The notes under the pieces were generated by a model that was not told where the DNA came from, made no database searches, and saw only the letters and a list, made by a program, of their open reading frames with translations. This document shows positions 48,501 to 58,235 of a DNA stretch of 64,000 nt, piece after piece; within the stretch, counting starts at the first letter, position 1; each line of letters starts with the position of its first letter. Origin of the DNA: Verrucomicrobiota bacterium (GTDB taxonomy: Bacteria > Verrucomicrobiota > Verrucomicrobiia > Limisphaerales > AAA164-E04); NCBI GenBank assembly GCA_047947115.1, contig CP170459.1, positions 1,248,001 to 1,312,000 on the forward strand, written 5' to 3'. The translations under genes were made by a program, and so were the position numbers.

Positions 48501-49037
48501 CGGTTGAAGGGCAAAACCGAGCATCCGGTTGAATGTGATCAATGGAACCGCGATCTTGTCTGCGGGTACGGGCAAACCGGCATCCGCTATATGGAACACA
48601 CCTTTTGTCGTGCGCCGATCATTGACCGGATTGTGTAATACCCCCTGTCGGATGCGGTAGGATTGTATGATGTCCGAATCGAAACGATCCTCATTCACCG
48701 GAAGGGACAAGGTGCGTGCAACGCCATGCCTGTCCAGAACGAATGATTTTGAAGGTAATCGGGGGACATCGCCCGTTTCATAAAGGAATTCATTCAACCA
48801 TTGCTGAATGCGCCAGTCGGCCGGACAAAGGTAATTTGAAAGCAGGCGCTCCTGTTCGCGGTGGTTGGCAATGAGCGATTCGGCAACATCATGGAATGGG
48901 GAATCACTTTTCGCAGGCACCGTGGAACAGCCCATGGCGGCCAATTTCAAATTGATGTAATCAACCATGTAGTCGTCGGGATACACCTCGTTGGATGCAT
49001 GTAGTCCGATCGCTTTTTGTAAATTAATGGAACTCAT
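45579..49037 (-). CDS. PPi-dependent phosphoenolpyruvate carboxykinase (PEP carboxytransphosphorylase)
   Basis: 1152 aa; GVLHNPVNDRRTTKGVFH, NLDFVESIFGNAGDP, ADNYFGYCKKEVKTQIS, CHKPCTVSGGGKSEISK, GKSPSTTGAGSEGALTKGPFN. Confidence 0.85.
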   Translation of the reverse strand: MSSINLQKAIGLHASNEVYPDDYMVDYINLKLAAMGCSTVPAKSDSPFHDVAESLIANHREQERLLSNYLCPADWRIQQWLNEFLYETGDVPRLPSKSFVLDRHGVARTLSLPVNEDRFDSDIIQSYRIRQGVLHNPVNDRRTTKGVFHIADAGLPVPADKIAVPLITFNRMLGFALQPPSSLMQLPFTSNLETKAECFVSLLLRPLVVPEVPGVIKEKRSEIRFFAPGNLVSNLDFVESIFGNAGDPQLPENDAGLDVHHWTGHTGCVILAPHLTRVKKKDAGLPHYDDATEKQREQGMCWKDPDERYNGGTAFKLCARDEKGVMVTIIADNYFGYCKKEVKTQISYSANLYGLAEEEHAGGAMVYPSYDLGEEFSGHLHVKRRGHSFKDMVERFADVMDAKPEGYAVDKRFPDIIYVAENVHFDLHQQKVTWTNDEGEQSISLLVGKTYVRPSGYKVQMEKPPGNRSWRLVGTVAEGLLCHKPCTVSGGGKSEISKPITDAIIQGPVIVADIHPDLEKVDEILAKDYSDRFRDSSRKDQRGILSPERSLGSVIKLLTPAAKDYTDEYNAWLESIPQYVKELVFVLKRYYRPEWGAGWREHFTVDLINGKPGNELKCDNRKLVTNYLRVGFQDNGLWRTFGLRKDFHPAAKQSLEDDITASVVVSHKNLEGVMPDHHDRSVKFIKNCEYRFFQRPDDAIIRGYDKHAEADLAQTGNFISNFEPLKKEDADAIIEDAIGFYQYTQPMQDLVKSAQASEKPTYFVSSAHPRMVNGKPTKNPRYLEIRPDLINERACHLEEMSMRLHRKLDRTHPLYSVVDAVVPGRRNNPADANAGIRPLAVYNPIHYMDLPELFIEYICSMTGKSPSTTGAGSEGALTKGPFNALPPIIDLNNALVSMILTGHDGFVTAAGYIGPNVEVAHDISMLIPEVWCRMKDEERHASYLIENGYLEKCEDVEHAGRTLFFSRLGYRINMKFVRDFFGRVFNHPHKVFTKEMLQPELQGVETFVDGLDNIEATQKRVGLLYIDDRSIDAACPPLKALLTIMVEGSYEGKTLNDPEIRKLFTRDHLMKSDWYIERLKTKQKLEIALWERHIDYLKTFLAKISYKEEAQRLQLTERLEEAKANRADVAKPDYLDFLNGTIGVQPLNVFGA

Positions 49038-49208
49038 TGTCTAATGCGGATTGGCGATTTTAATTTTGGCTACTTTTAAGCCAAACTGGTGGTTATTCTA
49101 AAGGAATCCTCACCCATTAGCAAGTGCCCCACGATCAAAGATTGGTTTGTCACAGTTTTTTGACATTTTTAGTGGTTCCGACCTTCGTGCCATTGATATG
49201 GTTCGCCT

Positions 49209-49946
49209 GTGCTTTTGGAAATACGATGGCGTCCGGATACGTTGATTCGCTTTTTTGCCATGCTGCTGTTTTGTTTTGGAATCAGCGGCGTTGCAGGTTT
49301 CTGGATGTACAAAGCTATTGACGCCGGGTTGCCTCTGGACGAAAAGACCGGAGCCATTTTGATCAATGTATTCTTCCTCGATTTCGGAATCCTGGCCATC
49401 ACCTGGATGTTGCTGAAGGACAATCAGATCGGATGGCGGCAGGCTTTCGGGTTTTCAAAGGATAAAATCGGTGCGATGGGTGTGCTTGCCCTGCTGACAG
49501 CTATTGGGGGATTTTTTATGGCAGCCATGCTGGGTGGGGTGATGACCGTGATTCTGGAGTCTTTGGGTTTTGAGGTATCGCCGCAGGAAGTGGTGGACAC
49601 TTTTCAGAACACCGAAAGTTTGTTCCAACGCATTCTACTTGGAGGCATGGCGGTATTGTTGGCTCCGATCGTGGAAGAAATTTTATTCAGAGGCGTTCTT
49701 TATTCCGTGATGCGCCAATATTTACCCGGCGTTTGGGCGGTGTGGGGAAGTTCGTTTCTCTTCGGCTTGGTGCATGCCAACAAAGTCAGCTTGATCCCCT
49801 TGACCTGTCTTGCGGTGGTTTTGATTCGACTTTATGAAAAGACAGGCAATTTATGGGCTCCCATCATGGCACACGCGTTTTTTAATTCCATCAACCTGTG
49901 CCTGATGCTTATGGTGCCAGAAATGATTGAAATGAACACGCCATGA
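49209..49946 (+). CDS. CPBP/Abi (CAAX protease-like) intramembrane metalloprotease
   Basis: APIVEEILFRG, FGLVH, AHAFFN. Confidence 0.9.
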   Translation: MLLEIRWRPDTLIRFFAMLLFCFGISGVAGFWMYKAIDAGLPLDEKTGAILINVFFLDFGILAITWMLLKDNQIGWRQAFGFSKDKIGAMGVLALLTAIGGFFMAAMLGGVMTVILESLGFEVSPQEVVDTFQNTESLFQRILLGGMAVLLAPIVEEILFRGVLYSVMRQYLPGVWAVWGSSFLFGLVHANKVSLIPLTCLAVVLIRLYEKTGNLWAPIMAHAFFNSINLCLMLMVPEMIEMNTP

Positions 49947-50875
49947 GTCGGGAAATCAAATTAATCCAGTCCATCATCGAGAAGCTTCCCATCCGCGAAG
50001 ACACCGTTGTCGGCGCGGGGGATGATTGCGCTGTGATTGACACCGCGGGGGACATGCAGTTGTTGTTTAAAACCGATGCGATCGTCGAGGGTATTCATTT
50101 CACGGGGGATCATCCACCGGAAAAGGTCGGATACAAAGCCCTGGCTCGGGCCTTGAGCGATGTTGCCGCCATGGGAGGCAGTCCAAATAGCGCGGTCATC
50201 ACCATCGGATTACCCAGGGATTATGATGAGGCCTGGGTCATGGGCTTTTATCAGGGTTTGAATCAATTGGCACAGACATTTGGTGTCGCCGTGGTCGGGG
50301 GGGAAACCGTTTGTTCACCGGACCGGATTTTTTGTTCGGTTGCACTCACCGGCAATGTGAGCAGAGGCAAAGCCGTCCGTCGATCGACCGCTCGAGTGCG
50401 CGATGCGGTGTTTGTGACCGGTGAACTGGGGGGATCCATCGATGGAAAACATCTGGACTTCGTTCCCAGAATCAAGGAAGCCGCCTGGTTGGTGAAACAT
50501 TTCGATGTGCACGCGATGATTGATCTCAGTGACGGTCTGGCCGGCGACATCCAGCACATCTGCCGTTCCAGCGGCGTGGGCGCCGAGTTGTGGGGTGCAT
50601 ACCTGCCTGTGAGCCGAGCCGCGAAATTGCGCGCCAGGAAGGGCGACACCGCCAAACCCGCGGTTGCGGCTGCCATGACCGATGGTGAAGATTTTGAATT
50701 GTTGTTCTGCGTGGATCCTGCCGAGGCGGTTTCATTGAAAGACAAATGGAGGCAAGTTTTTCCCGACACCCCCATCAGTTGCATCGGCAAGATCATCGAA
50801 CAACCCGAAGTCCTGTTCAAAGATCAAAACGGCATTCGTCCTCTGCGCTGGCATGGTTACGATCACTTCCAATAG
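49943..50875 (+). CDS. thiL: Thiamine-monophosphate kinase
   Basis: GDDCA, EGIHF, SDVAAMGG, VGGET, IDLSDGL, GEDFELLF. Confidence 0.95.
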   Translation: MSREIKLIQSIIEKLPIREDTVVGAGDDCAVIDTAGDMQLLFKTDAIVEGIHFTGDHPPEKVGYKALARALSDVAAMGGSPNSAVITIGLPRDYDEAWVMGFYQGLNQLAQTFGVAVVGGETVCSPDRIFCSVALTGNVSRGKAVRRSTARVRDAVFVTGELGGSIDGKHLDFVPRIKEAAWLVKHFDVHAMIDLSDGLAGDIQHICRSSGVGAELWGAYLPVSRAAKLRARKGDTAKPAVAAAMTDGEDFELLFCVDPAEAVSLKDKWRQVFPDTPISCIGKIIEQPEVLFKDQNGIRPLRWHGYDHFQ

Positions 50876-51314
50876 TCCTGAAGAAACCCATGCACTCGGC
50901 ATCCAATGGGCCGGCGAAATGGAACAGGGCTGGATTGTCGGTCTTTCCGGCGACTTGGGAGCTGGAAAAACCCAGCTGGTCAAAGGCCTCGCCGAGGGAT
51001 GGAAGATTCAGGACCGTGTCGCTTCTCCCACTTTTACCTTGATACACGAATATCGCGCCGAAAAGGGAACCATCTTTCACCTGGATCTCTACCGCCTTGA
51101 AACACCTGATGCCATATGGGACGCTGGCATGGCGGAATATCTTCGCTCCCCCATGCCGGGATGGGTGATGGTGGAATGGATCGATCGTTGGACATTGGAA
51201 TCCCTGCAACAGCAAACGCGTGTCCCCGATGTAAGAAGACCTTTCCGATGGGTGCACATCGAAGGGGATCTGGAAGAGCAACGCACGATATCGTATGAAG
51301 ATTTTAGGAATTGA
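50853..51314 (+). CDS. tsaE: t6A biosynthesis ATPase TsaE
   Basis: GDLGAGKT, SPTFTLIHEY, HLDLYRL, VEW. Confidence 0.95.
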   Translation: MVTITSNSPEETHALGIQWAGEMEQGWIVGLSGDLGAGKTQLVKGLAEGWKIQDRVASPTFTLIHEYRAEKGTIFHLDLYRLETPDAIWDAGMAEYLRSPMPGWVMVEWIDRWTLESLQQQTRVPDVRRPFRWVHIEGDLEEQRTISYEDFRN

Positions 51315-52005
51315 ATGGTCCTCTTCACTGAGAACCTTGGCATTTGGACAATGGTCGGCGGATGGCGGCATGTGCGTCCTGTCCATGGCTCAGTTGCCGG
51401 AAGGACGTGATTCGCGTTACTTCCAGACATTTCAAAAGATTTCCAGGGAGACTGGCGTCATGAAATCAGATATCCATGCGGTGGTGGTAGGGATCGGCCC
51501 GGGTTCGTATGCCGGCATTCGTTCAGCCATCTCGGTGGCCTATGGTTGGCACTTGGCCAATGACGCCAAACTGATAGGACTTTCCAGCGCGCAGGTGATG
51601 GCCCGAAAGGCTTTCGAACTTACTGGTCAAAAATCATTGCACACCCTTATTGATGCCCAACGTGGGGAATGTTACCACGCTCAATTCCGGCAAATGACGG
51701 ATGGTTCAGCAAGGGAAGTTGAGCCTCTGGCCATCAAAGGAACGGAACAATTGGCTTCCTTTGTTCAAACAGGTGCGTGCGTCGTGGGTGAGGATGTCCG
51801 TCGTTGGTTTCCGGAAGGTACCGCTGCAAGCGTGGAAAGCATCGACGTTCTTCCCGATGCGGCATCCTTGCTTAAGGAAGCTTCCGGGCTGATCAACCAA
51901 CCGGGATGCGAAAGACTGGAACCCATTTACCTGAGACCCACCTCCTTCGTCAAAGCACCACCCAGTCGTATACCGCTTTCGGAGGAAGAGCTGAACCATC
52001 TCTAA
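51295..52005 (+). CDS. tsaB: t6A biosynthesis protein TsaB
   Basis: GIGPGSYAGIR, IDAQRGECY, LEPIYLR. Confidence 0.9.
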   Translation: MKILGIEWSSSLRTLAFGQWSADGGMCVLSMAQLPEGRDSRYFQTFQKISRETGVMKSDIHAVVVGIGPGSYAGIRSAISVAYGWHLANDAKLIGLSSAQVMARKAFELTGQKSLHTLIDAQRGECYHAQFRQMTDGSAREVEPLAIKGTEQLASFVQTGACVVGEDVRRWFPEGTAASVESIDVLPDAASLLKEASGLINQPGCERLEPIYLRPTSFVKAPPSRIPLSEEELNHL

Positions 52006-52016
52006 AGGAGTTTCCG

Positions 52017-53159
52017 ATGACATGCGAACGACGATGCTGGGTGGAAGTGGACCTGGATGCGTTGAGGAACAATCTCTCATGGATCCGGCATCGTGTCGGC
52101 AAGGAAACGAAAGTCATGACTGTTGTCAAAGCGGACGCCTATGGTCACGGTTTGAAGCAGATTGCCGGTCATCTCATGCAGAACGGTACCGATTTTTTTG
52201 GAGTGGCAAATCTGGAAGAAGCTCACGCCATCCGGCTGACCGGAAAGGATTGGCCAATTTTGATGCTGGGGTCTTGCTTGGACACCGAATGGGCGCAGGC
52301 GGTCGAATGGGGGGTGAGCGTCACCATCTCATCTTTTGAAGAGGTGGTCCGACTGCATCGAATTGCCGAACACCAGAAGAAAACAGCAAAAGTCCACCTT
52401 AAAGTGGATACCGGCATGGGAAGGCTTGGTTGTCAACCCGGCTCGGTGTTGGAATTGGCGGGTTTCATCCATTCGACAAACCGGCTCCATTTCGAAGGGA
52501 TTTACACGCACTTTGCCGATGTTGAAACCGATGTCGCATTTACCAGATCTCAAAAACTTCTGTTCCGCTCCGTTCTGCGGCGGTTTGGGAGTCGGCTTTT
52601 GTTGCCATCCTTTGTTCACTCCTGCAATAGCGGTGCCTTGATATATGACCGCACGCTGGTCGGAAACATGGTGCGTCCCGGATTGCTGGTGTATGGAATC
52701 ATTCCCCCCGGCCATCGGAAACCGGTGGGTGCAATGCACCGCAGGTTAAAACCTTCACTCGCTTTTTACAGTCGCGTCACCCATATCAAATGGATTGGCA
52801 GGGGGGATTCATTGAGTTATGGCCGCACTTACAAGGCCAGGCGTAGAACCAAAGTGGCCACCGTTTCGTCCGGTTATGGGGATGGTTACCCTTTGGCGGC
52901 TTCCAATCAGGCGGAGGTGTTGATTCGGGGCGTGCGGTGCCCCGTTTTGGGTCGAGTGACCATGGATCAGACCTTGGTCGATGTGACTGCAATTTCAGAA
53001 GTGACTGCAGGCGATCTGGTCACCCTGATCGGAACGCATGGCAATGAGGCAGTTTCTGCCACCGAGTTGGCTTCCCGCACCGGTTCCATTGCCTGGCAGG
53101 TGTTGACTAACATTACATATCGTGTTCCAAGGATTTATCGTGGCACACGTGCTTCCTGA
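52017..53159 (+). CDS. alr: Alanine racemase
   Basis: VVKADAYGHG, KVDTGMGRLG, LSYGRTY, GYGDG, GRVTMDQ; RBS AAGGAG before ATG 52017. Confidence 0.95.
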   Translation: MTCERRCWVEVDLDALRNNLSWIRHRVGKETKVMTVVKADAYGHGLKQIAGHLMQNGTDFFGVANLEEAHAIRLTGKDWPILMLGSCLDTEWAQAVEWGVSVTISSFEEVVRLHRIAEHQKKTAKVHLKVDTGMGRLGCQPGSVLELAGFIHSTNRLHFEGIYTHFADVETDVAFTRSQKLLFRSVLRRFGSRLLLPSFVHSCNSGALIYDRTLVGNMVRPGLLVYGIIPPGHRKPVGAMHRRLKPSLAFYSRVTHIKWIGRGDSLSYGRTYKARRRTKVATVSSGYGDGYPLAASNQAEVLIRGVRCPVLGRVTMDQTLVDVTAISEVTAGDLVTLIGTHGNEAVSATELASRTGSIAWQVLTNITYRVPRIYRGTRAS

Positions 53160-53240
53160 TTGGGGTGTGTACCGTGTTGTCACATGGATTTCACACATTT
53201 TTAAAATGACGGATTTCGAATTCTGGGCATAATCCTCCGC

Positions 53241-54875
53241 ATGCCTCTTCAAAATAAATTGAATCAATGCAAAGGGATCCCTTTCTCTTGCCTGGCTTTC
53301 ATGTTTGCTGGCTTGATGGCGATCACCGTGAACGCGCAGGATCAAGCGGCGGGTACTGTTTATCACGATCAAAACCGAAATGGCGTGCGCGATGAAGGTG
53401 AACCCGGAATCCCGGGTGTTCGCGTATCGAACCAGGTGGACATTGTGACGACCGATGCGGATGGACGCTGGGAATTGCCTGCCTCCGACGATGTCACTTT
53501 TTTTGTCATCAAACCGCGTGATTGGATGACCCCTGTCAATGAAGTTCAATTGCCCCGGTTCTTTTACACACACAAACCCAGTGGATCTCCCGAGCAAAAA
53601 TATCCAGGAGTGGAACCCACTGGTCCTTTGCCTTCATCAATCGATTTTCCATTATATCCCACACAAGAACCTGATCGTTTTGACGCGGTGTTCTTCGGAG
53701 ACCCGCAACCACGTGATGTGCGCGAAGTGGAATACATCGGACACGATGTCGTGGAGGAATTGATTGGAACCACGGCCAAGTTCGGAGTGACTTTGGGGGA
53801 TATCGTGTTCGATGACCTGAGTGTGTTCGAGCCTCTCAATGCCACCGTGGCACTGGTTGGAATTCCCTGGTACAATGTGATCGGCAACCACGACATCAAT
53901 TACGATTCCGCGGTCGACAAGGATTCCGATGAAACATACACCCGGATTTATGGGCCCAATTATTATTCCTTTGATTACGGTCCGGTTCATTTCATTGTGG
54001 TGGACGACATCATCTGGGGTGGAGAAAAACCGGAAGGGACCGGCAGTTACACCGGTGGCTTGGAACAGGATCAACTGGATTTCATCCGCAACGATCTGGC
54101 ACTGGTCCCGGAAGATCGCCTGGTGGTGTTGATGATGCACATACCATTGACCGGAGTGGTCAATCGTGAGGATCTTTACCGAATCATTGAAAACCGTCCC
54201 TACACTTTTTCCATTTCAGGACACACCCATTGGCAGGCACACAAACTGATTAAAAAGGAAGATGGCTGGTTGGGGGCAAAACCCCATCATCATCTGATCA
54301 ATGTCACCGTCAGTGGCAGTTGGTGGAGTGGATTTCCGGATGAATATGGCATCCCTCACACCACCATGCGCGATGGCGCTCCCAATGGATACACGGTGTT
54401 GACCTTTTCGGAGAACAATATGCCCGAAATCACCTTCAAGGCAGCCAGAGATCCGGAAGATTTCCAGATGTCAGTTTATGCCGCCGACCAGGTCTTCACC
54501 GAATCATTGAGTGAAGAATGGGTTTATGTAAATGTATTCAACGGATGGGATGATTCCGTGGTGCAGGTGCGCTGGGGTGGACAGGCAGCCTGGCAGACAT
54601 TGGATCAAACGCTCGAGAAGGATCCGAATCTTCAGGCGGTGTTCAATCGTGAACCCGAAACTCCCCAAAGCCCATATCGGCGTATTTCTGCTCCCGTTGA
54701 TTCGTTCCATCTTTGGAAGGGACTGGTTCCTTCCGACGTGGAATCTGGCATTCATGTGCTTCAGGTGCGGGCAACCGATGTCAACGGCAGATGGCACAGG
54801 GCGGAGCGAGTGATCCGCGTGAGCGAAGGCAAAAAACCGGAGCCACCCCGGGAAGAAACTCCGGAGGAAAAGTGA
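53241..54875 (+). CDS. Secreted calcineurin-like metallophosphoesterase with N- and C-terminal accessory domains
   Basis: GDPQ, GDIVFD, GNHD, MHIP, SGHTH, MRDGAPNGY. Confidence 0.88.
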   Translation: MPLQNKLNQCKGIPFSCLAFMFAGLMAITVNAQDQAAGTVYHDQNRNGVRDEGEPGIPGVRVSNQVDIVTTDADGRWELPASDDVTFFVIKPRDWMTPVNEVQLPRFFYTHKPSGSPEQKYPGVEPTGPLPSSIDFPLYPTQEPDRFDAVFFGDPQPRDVREVEYIGHDVVEELIGTTAKFGVTLGDIVFDDLSVFEPLNATVALVGIPWYNVIGNHDINYDSAVDKDSDETYTRIYGPNYYSFDYGPVHFIVVDDIIWGGEKPEGTGSYTGGLEQDQLDFIRNDLALVPEDRLVVLMMHIPLTGVVNREDLYRIIENRPYTFSISGHTHWQAHKLIKKEDGWLGAKPHHHLINVTVSGSWWSGFPDEYGIPHTTMRDGAPNGYTVLTFSENNMPEITFKAARDPEDFQMSVYAADQVFTESLSEEWVYVNVFNGWDDSVVQVRWGGQAAWQTLDQTLEKDPNLQAVFNREPETPQSPYRRISAPVDSFHLWKGLVPSDVESGIHVLQVRATDVNGRWHRAERVIRVSEGKKPEPPREETPEEK

Positions 54876-54929
54876 ACTCCACAGCTCTATGCGAACGAGC
54901 AGATTCTAAAAACTCTCATCACCGATAGA

Positions 54930-55679
54930 TTAGGGCAGAGCTTTGCGCAGCCGTCGATCGTCGAGGAGACCAAGGGCACGCTTTTGGATTTCCTTGGCGG
55001 TGTCGACTTCGTTCAAAGCTTTGGCTGTTTCGATCAGAAGCAACGTTTCTTCAACCAGGCGGTTTTCGTTCATACTTTTCAATTGAGCCCGACCCACCTT
55101 GATCTTGTCGCTTCTGGATACCATCATTTCATACCTTTCCTTTATCACAGCGAATTCAGTGAGCAAGTTGCCTAGGTATTTGTCAGCCAAGTCAAATCCC
55201 TTGTTTTTAATGACAACTGGTTTTGCTACTATCCAGCAAATCTTTGCCAAATCAGGTTGTTTTTCATCGATCAATCGAAAGAGATCGATCGTTTTGCTTT
55301 CTTCTTTCAAGGTGCGGTTCAAAGCATTGACATCCATGAAGAGATTGAAATTGCCCCTGCCGGATTTCAATGTGTCCGTTTTCTCATCGCGCACTTTTTG
55401 CATGGCTTTCAGGGCGGCGGGATACTTTTCAGCAAGGTCCATCCAGTCGCCCAATGCAAAGGACAATCGCACGCCGCTCATACTGGGTTGATGTTTCATT
55501 GCGTTGTCATGAAACCAAAGGGTGCGTTCCAGTACTTTTTCATATTCTCCCTGCTTTGCCAGAGCTTCCGTATCCCTCATGTATTGTTGCATGTCGAGGG
55601 TTTCCGCCGATAACAGGTTAGTGAAACTCAGTGCCAGGAATAGGGCGAGGATTTTCATAAGTTGCATGATGTGATACAT
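54930..55679 (-). CDS. Secreted helical hypothetical protein
   Basis: 249-aa ORF with signal peptide; no family recognised. Confidence 0.65.
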   Translation of the reverse strand: MYHIMQLMKILALFLALSFTNLLSAETLDMQQYMRDTEALAKQGEYEKVLERTLWFHDNAMKHQPSMSGVRLSFALGDWMDLAEKYPAALKAMQKVRDEKTDTLKSGRGNFNLFMDVNALNRTLKEESKTIDLFRLIDEKQPDLAKICWIVAKPVVIKNKGFDLADKYLGNLLTEFAVIKERYEMMVSRSDKIKVGRAQLKSMNENRLVEETLLLIETAKALNEVDTAKEIQKRALGLLDDRRLRKALP

Positions 55680-55764
55680 TTATTATTTGTTGCAAGTGTT
55701 TAATGACGCGCATGGTGCTGCATGGTGCATCCGGTCAAAATATGAATGGGAACATTCGGTGAAA

Positions 55765-56328
55765 CTATGGCTCAACGCTTTTCATTTTAATGTCCAGGAA
55801 GCTAGATACCTTTTGTGCAATTTGGTTTAGCAGATCTGTGTCGTCCTTAGGTGCAGTTTCGATGACGATGGATCTCACCGGATCCCTGAGAATGAGCGCT
55901 ACCTGTCTGTGATTCTCCTCTTCTCCATATTGATCCTGGGAGGGAGAATCGTTTGGCGTGAACGTTCGATTGGAGATTTCAATACACTCCATATGCTCCC
56001 ATTCGAATTCAATGGATTCCTCTGTAAACAGGTAGGGTGTCGTGGTGATGTAAGTCCCGATCCGTTTGGTTTTGTCCAGAATCAATCGTTCCCTTTCCCT
56101 CAATATCGAAATACCGATCCAGATAAAACCGATGCCGAAAAGGGCTCCCAGTCCCAGTGGAAACAGTAGGAAAGGAGACATCGAATCGTTCAACACTTTG
56201 AACGACATCAACACAGCAATCGTCATCAGGAGGAGTCCACAAAACGTCAGGATCAACATCCAACCCATTGAACCCGGGATGCCCGCAAGAATCATTTGGG
56301 CTGATGTTTGTTTTTGAATTCTCATCAA
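55765..56328 (-). CDS. Two-TM membrane hypothetical protein
   Basis: Two hydrophobic helices followed by a soluble domain. Confidence 0.6.
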   Translation of the reverse strand: MMRIQKQTSAQMILAGIPGSMGWMLILTFCGLLLMTIAVLMSFKVLNDSMSPFLLFPLGLGALFGIGFIWIGISILRERERLILDKTKRIGTYITTTPYLFTEESIEFEWEHMECIEISNRTFTPNDSPSQDQYGEEENHRQVALILRDPVRSIVIETAPKDDTDLLNQIAQKVSSFLDIKMKSVEP

Positions 56329-56427
56329 ATTGGATTGGTTTCAGGAAGCCATTGCCCGCTCCTGCACGTCTCCTTGCTCCTTATGTACTTGAATATCCAC
56401 AATGACGCCGACAAAGTCAAAACTGTT

Positions 56428-58188
56428 ATGCCTCCAATTAATCGCTATTCTTTTCGTGTGCCCGCCATGTCCTTGACGGCATTCATGTTTTCTTGTCTTT
56501 GGGTGTCCGGTTTGATGCTCGGTTCGTCAACTGCCACGTCGCAGGACTTGGAATATCGTGTCGAACAAAATGTCATGATTCCCATGCGCGACGGAATACT
56601 TCTGGCGTCAAATATTTATCAACCCCGGGCAGAAGGATCCTATCCGGTCATCCTCCTTCGCACGCCCTATGGAAAACCGGGAGCATCCTGGGGAGAGGCC
56701 AAACGCTACACGGAGGCCGGATTCATCATGGTGGCTCAGGATTGCAGGGGCCGGGGGGATTCGGAAGGCGAATGGGATCCTTTCCGTCATGATCCCGACG
56801 ACGGATTCGACACCCAGGAATGGATCGGCCAACAGTCCTGGTGCAATGGTAACATAGGAACCAGCGGTGGTTCCTATGTCGGGTGGACCCAATGGGCATC
56901 TGTTACGAAAGGGAGTCCATATCTCAAAACCATGGTTCCCATTGTGCCTTTTGGGAATGTGTTCAGCGAGATTGCCTACGACGGTGGTGCCTTTCAACTT
57001 GCCCTGTTGATGGGATGGGGAGCCGGTGTTGGTGGTGTGGCTTTGAATCCTGAAAAGTTACAGGATGCCTATAGTTTCCTGCCTTTGCGCGAGTTCGGCA
57101 ACCAGTTTGAACCTGGTGTGAATTACCTCAACGATTGGGTGGCACATCACTCCTATGATGACTATTGGGCACAACGCGGGATGGGGTATGCCTATGACAA
57201 GGTGAAAGTGCCTATTCTGAATATCGGTGGCTGGTATGATATTTTTTCCAAAACAACCATCGAACTGGTCGATAAAGTAAGAGAAAGCTCTGAAGACAGA
57301 ATGGCTCGCCGCAACCAGTTTGTCGTCATGGGCCCTTGGGCACATGGCCCAGGCGTTCGTAAGGTGGGGGATCTTGATTTCGGTGAACAGGCACAACTCA
57401 ACTTGGGGCAGCTTCAGTTGGAATGGTTCCAATACTGGCTTCAGAATGTGAACTCAGGTGTGGAGGATTGGCCGCCTTATTATCTCTTTGTGATGGGAAG
57501 CAACACCTGGCGTGCTGAAAATGAATGGCCTTTGAAACGAACCCGGTGGACCTCCTATTATCTTCATAGCGACGGCACCGCCGGTGCAGTGGATAGTGAC
57601 GGAGTCCTGAGCCTGGAAAAACCCGGGGTCGAATCAAGCGATGTGTTTACCTATGATGGTGACAACCCCGTGCCAACCGGTGGGGGGAACAATCTGGTCG
57701 GAGCCCCCATTGGGCCCAGGGATCAAAGCGACATTGAAAAGCGGTCAGATGTTCTGACTTATACAACACAACCCTTGACTGAGCCGATTGAGGTGATCGG
57801 GCCGGTCAGGATGACCCTGTTTGCAGCCAGTTCAGCCAGAGACACGGACTTCACGGCCAAACTGGTGGATGTTCACCCCGATGGCAAAGCTTATAATTTA
57901 TGCGATGGAATTGTGCGTGCTCGCTATCGAAATGGCATGGACAATCAGCATTTGATCGAACCCGGCAAGATCATCGAATACGAAATTGATCTCTGGGTGA
58001 CCTCCAATGTCTTTCTGGAAGGGCACCGCATACGGCTCGAAGTATCCAGCAGCAACTATCCGCGCTTTGATCGAAATCCAAATACGGGATTACCCTTCGG
58101 AACCGATACGGAACTCCTGGAGGCACACCAAACCATTTACCACGATGCAGTGCGTCCATCGCATTTGATTCTACCTGTCATTCCTTAG
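56428..58188 (+). CDS. CocE/NonD family (S15) serine hydrolase
   Basis: IPMRDG, RTPY, QDCRGRGDSEG, GGSY, GGWYD, GPWAH, SSSNYPRFDRN; start uncertain (ORF opens at 56308). Confidence 0.92.
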   Translation: MPPINRYSFRVPAMSLTAFMFSCLWVSGLMLGSSTATSQDLEYRVEQNVMIPMRDGILLASNIYQPRAEGSYPVILLRTPYGKPGASWGEAKRYTEAGFIMVAQDCRGRGDSEGEWDPFRHDPDDGFDTQEWIGQQSWCNGNIGTSGGSYVGWTQWASVTKGSPYLKTMVPIVPFGNVFSEIAYDGGAFQLALLMGWGAGVGGVALNPEKLQDAYSFLPLREFGNQFEPGVNYLNDWVAHHSYDDYWAQRGMGYAYDKVKVPILNIGGWYDIFSKTTIELVDKVRESSEDRMARRNQFVVMGPWAHGPGVRKVGDLDFGEQAQLNLGQLQLEWFQYWLQNVNSGVEDWPPYYLFVMGSNTWRAENEWPLKRTRWTSYYLHSDGTAGAVDSDGVLSLEKPGVESSDVFTYDGDNPVPTGGGNNLVGAPIGPRDQSDIEKRSDVLTYTTQPLTEPIEVIGPVRMTLFAASSARDTDFTAKLVDVHPDGKAYNLCDGIVRARYRNGMDNQHLIEPGKIIEYEIDLWVTSNVFLEGHRIRLEVSSSNYPRFDRNPNTGLPFGTDTELLEAHQTIYHDAVRPSHLILPVIP

Positions 58189-58235
58189 CATTGACTTGGC
58201 ATCGTTTCGTGGTCAAACATGGTTCAGGTTTATTT

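Noticed and set aside
45603..48507. Long plus-strand ORFs (329, 267 and 191 aa) opposite the PEPCK gene
   Set aside because: They are antisense shadow frames of a strongly codon-biased gene.
49209..49946. Abi-domain protein as abortive-infection defence
   Set aside because: It is a CPBP intramembrane protease in the thiL-tsaE-tsaB-alr operon; the Abi name does not imply phage defence.
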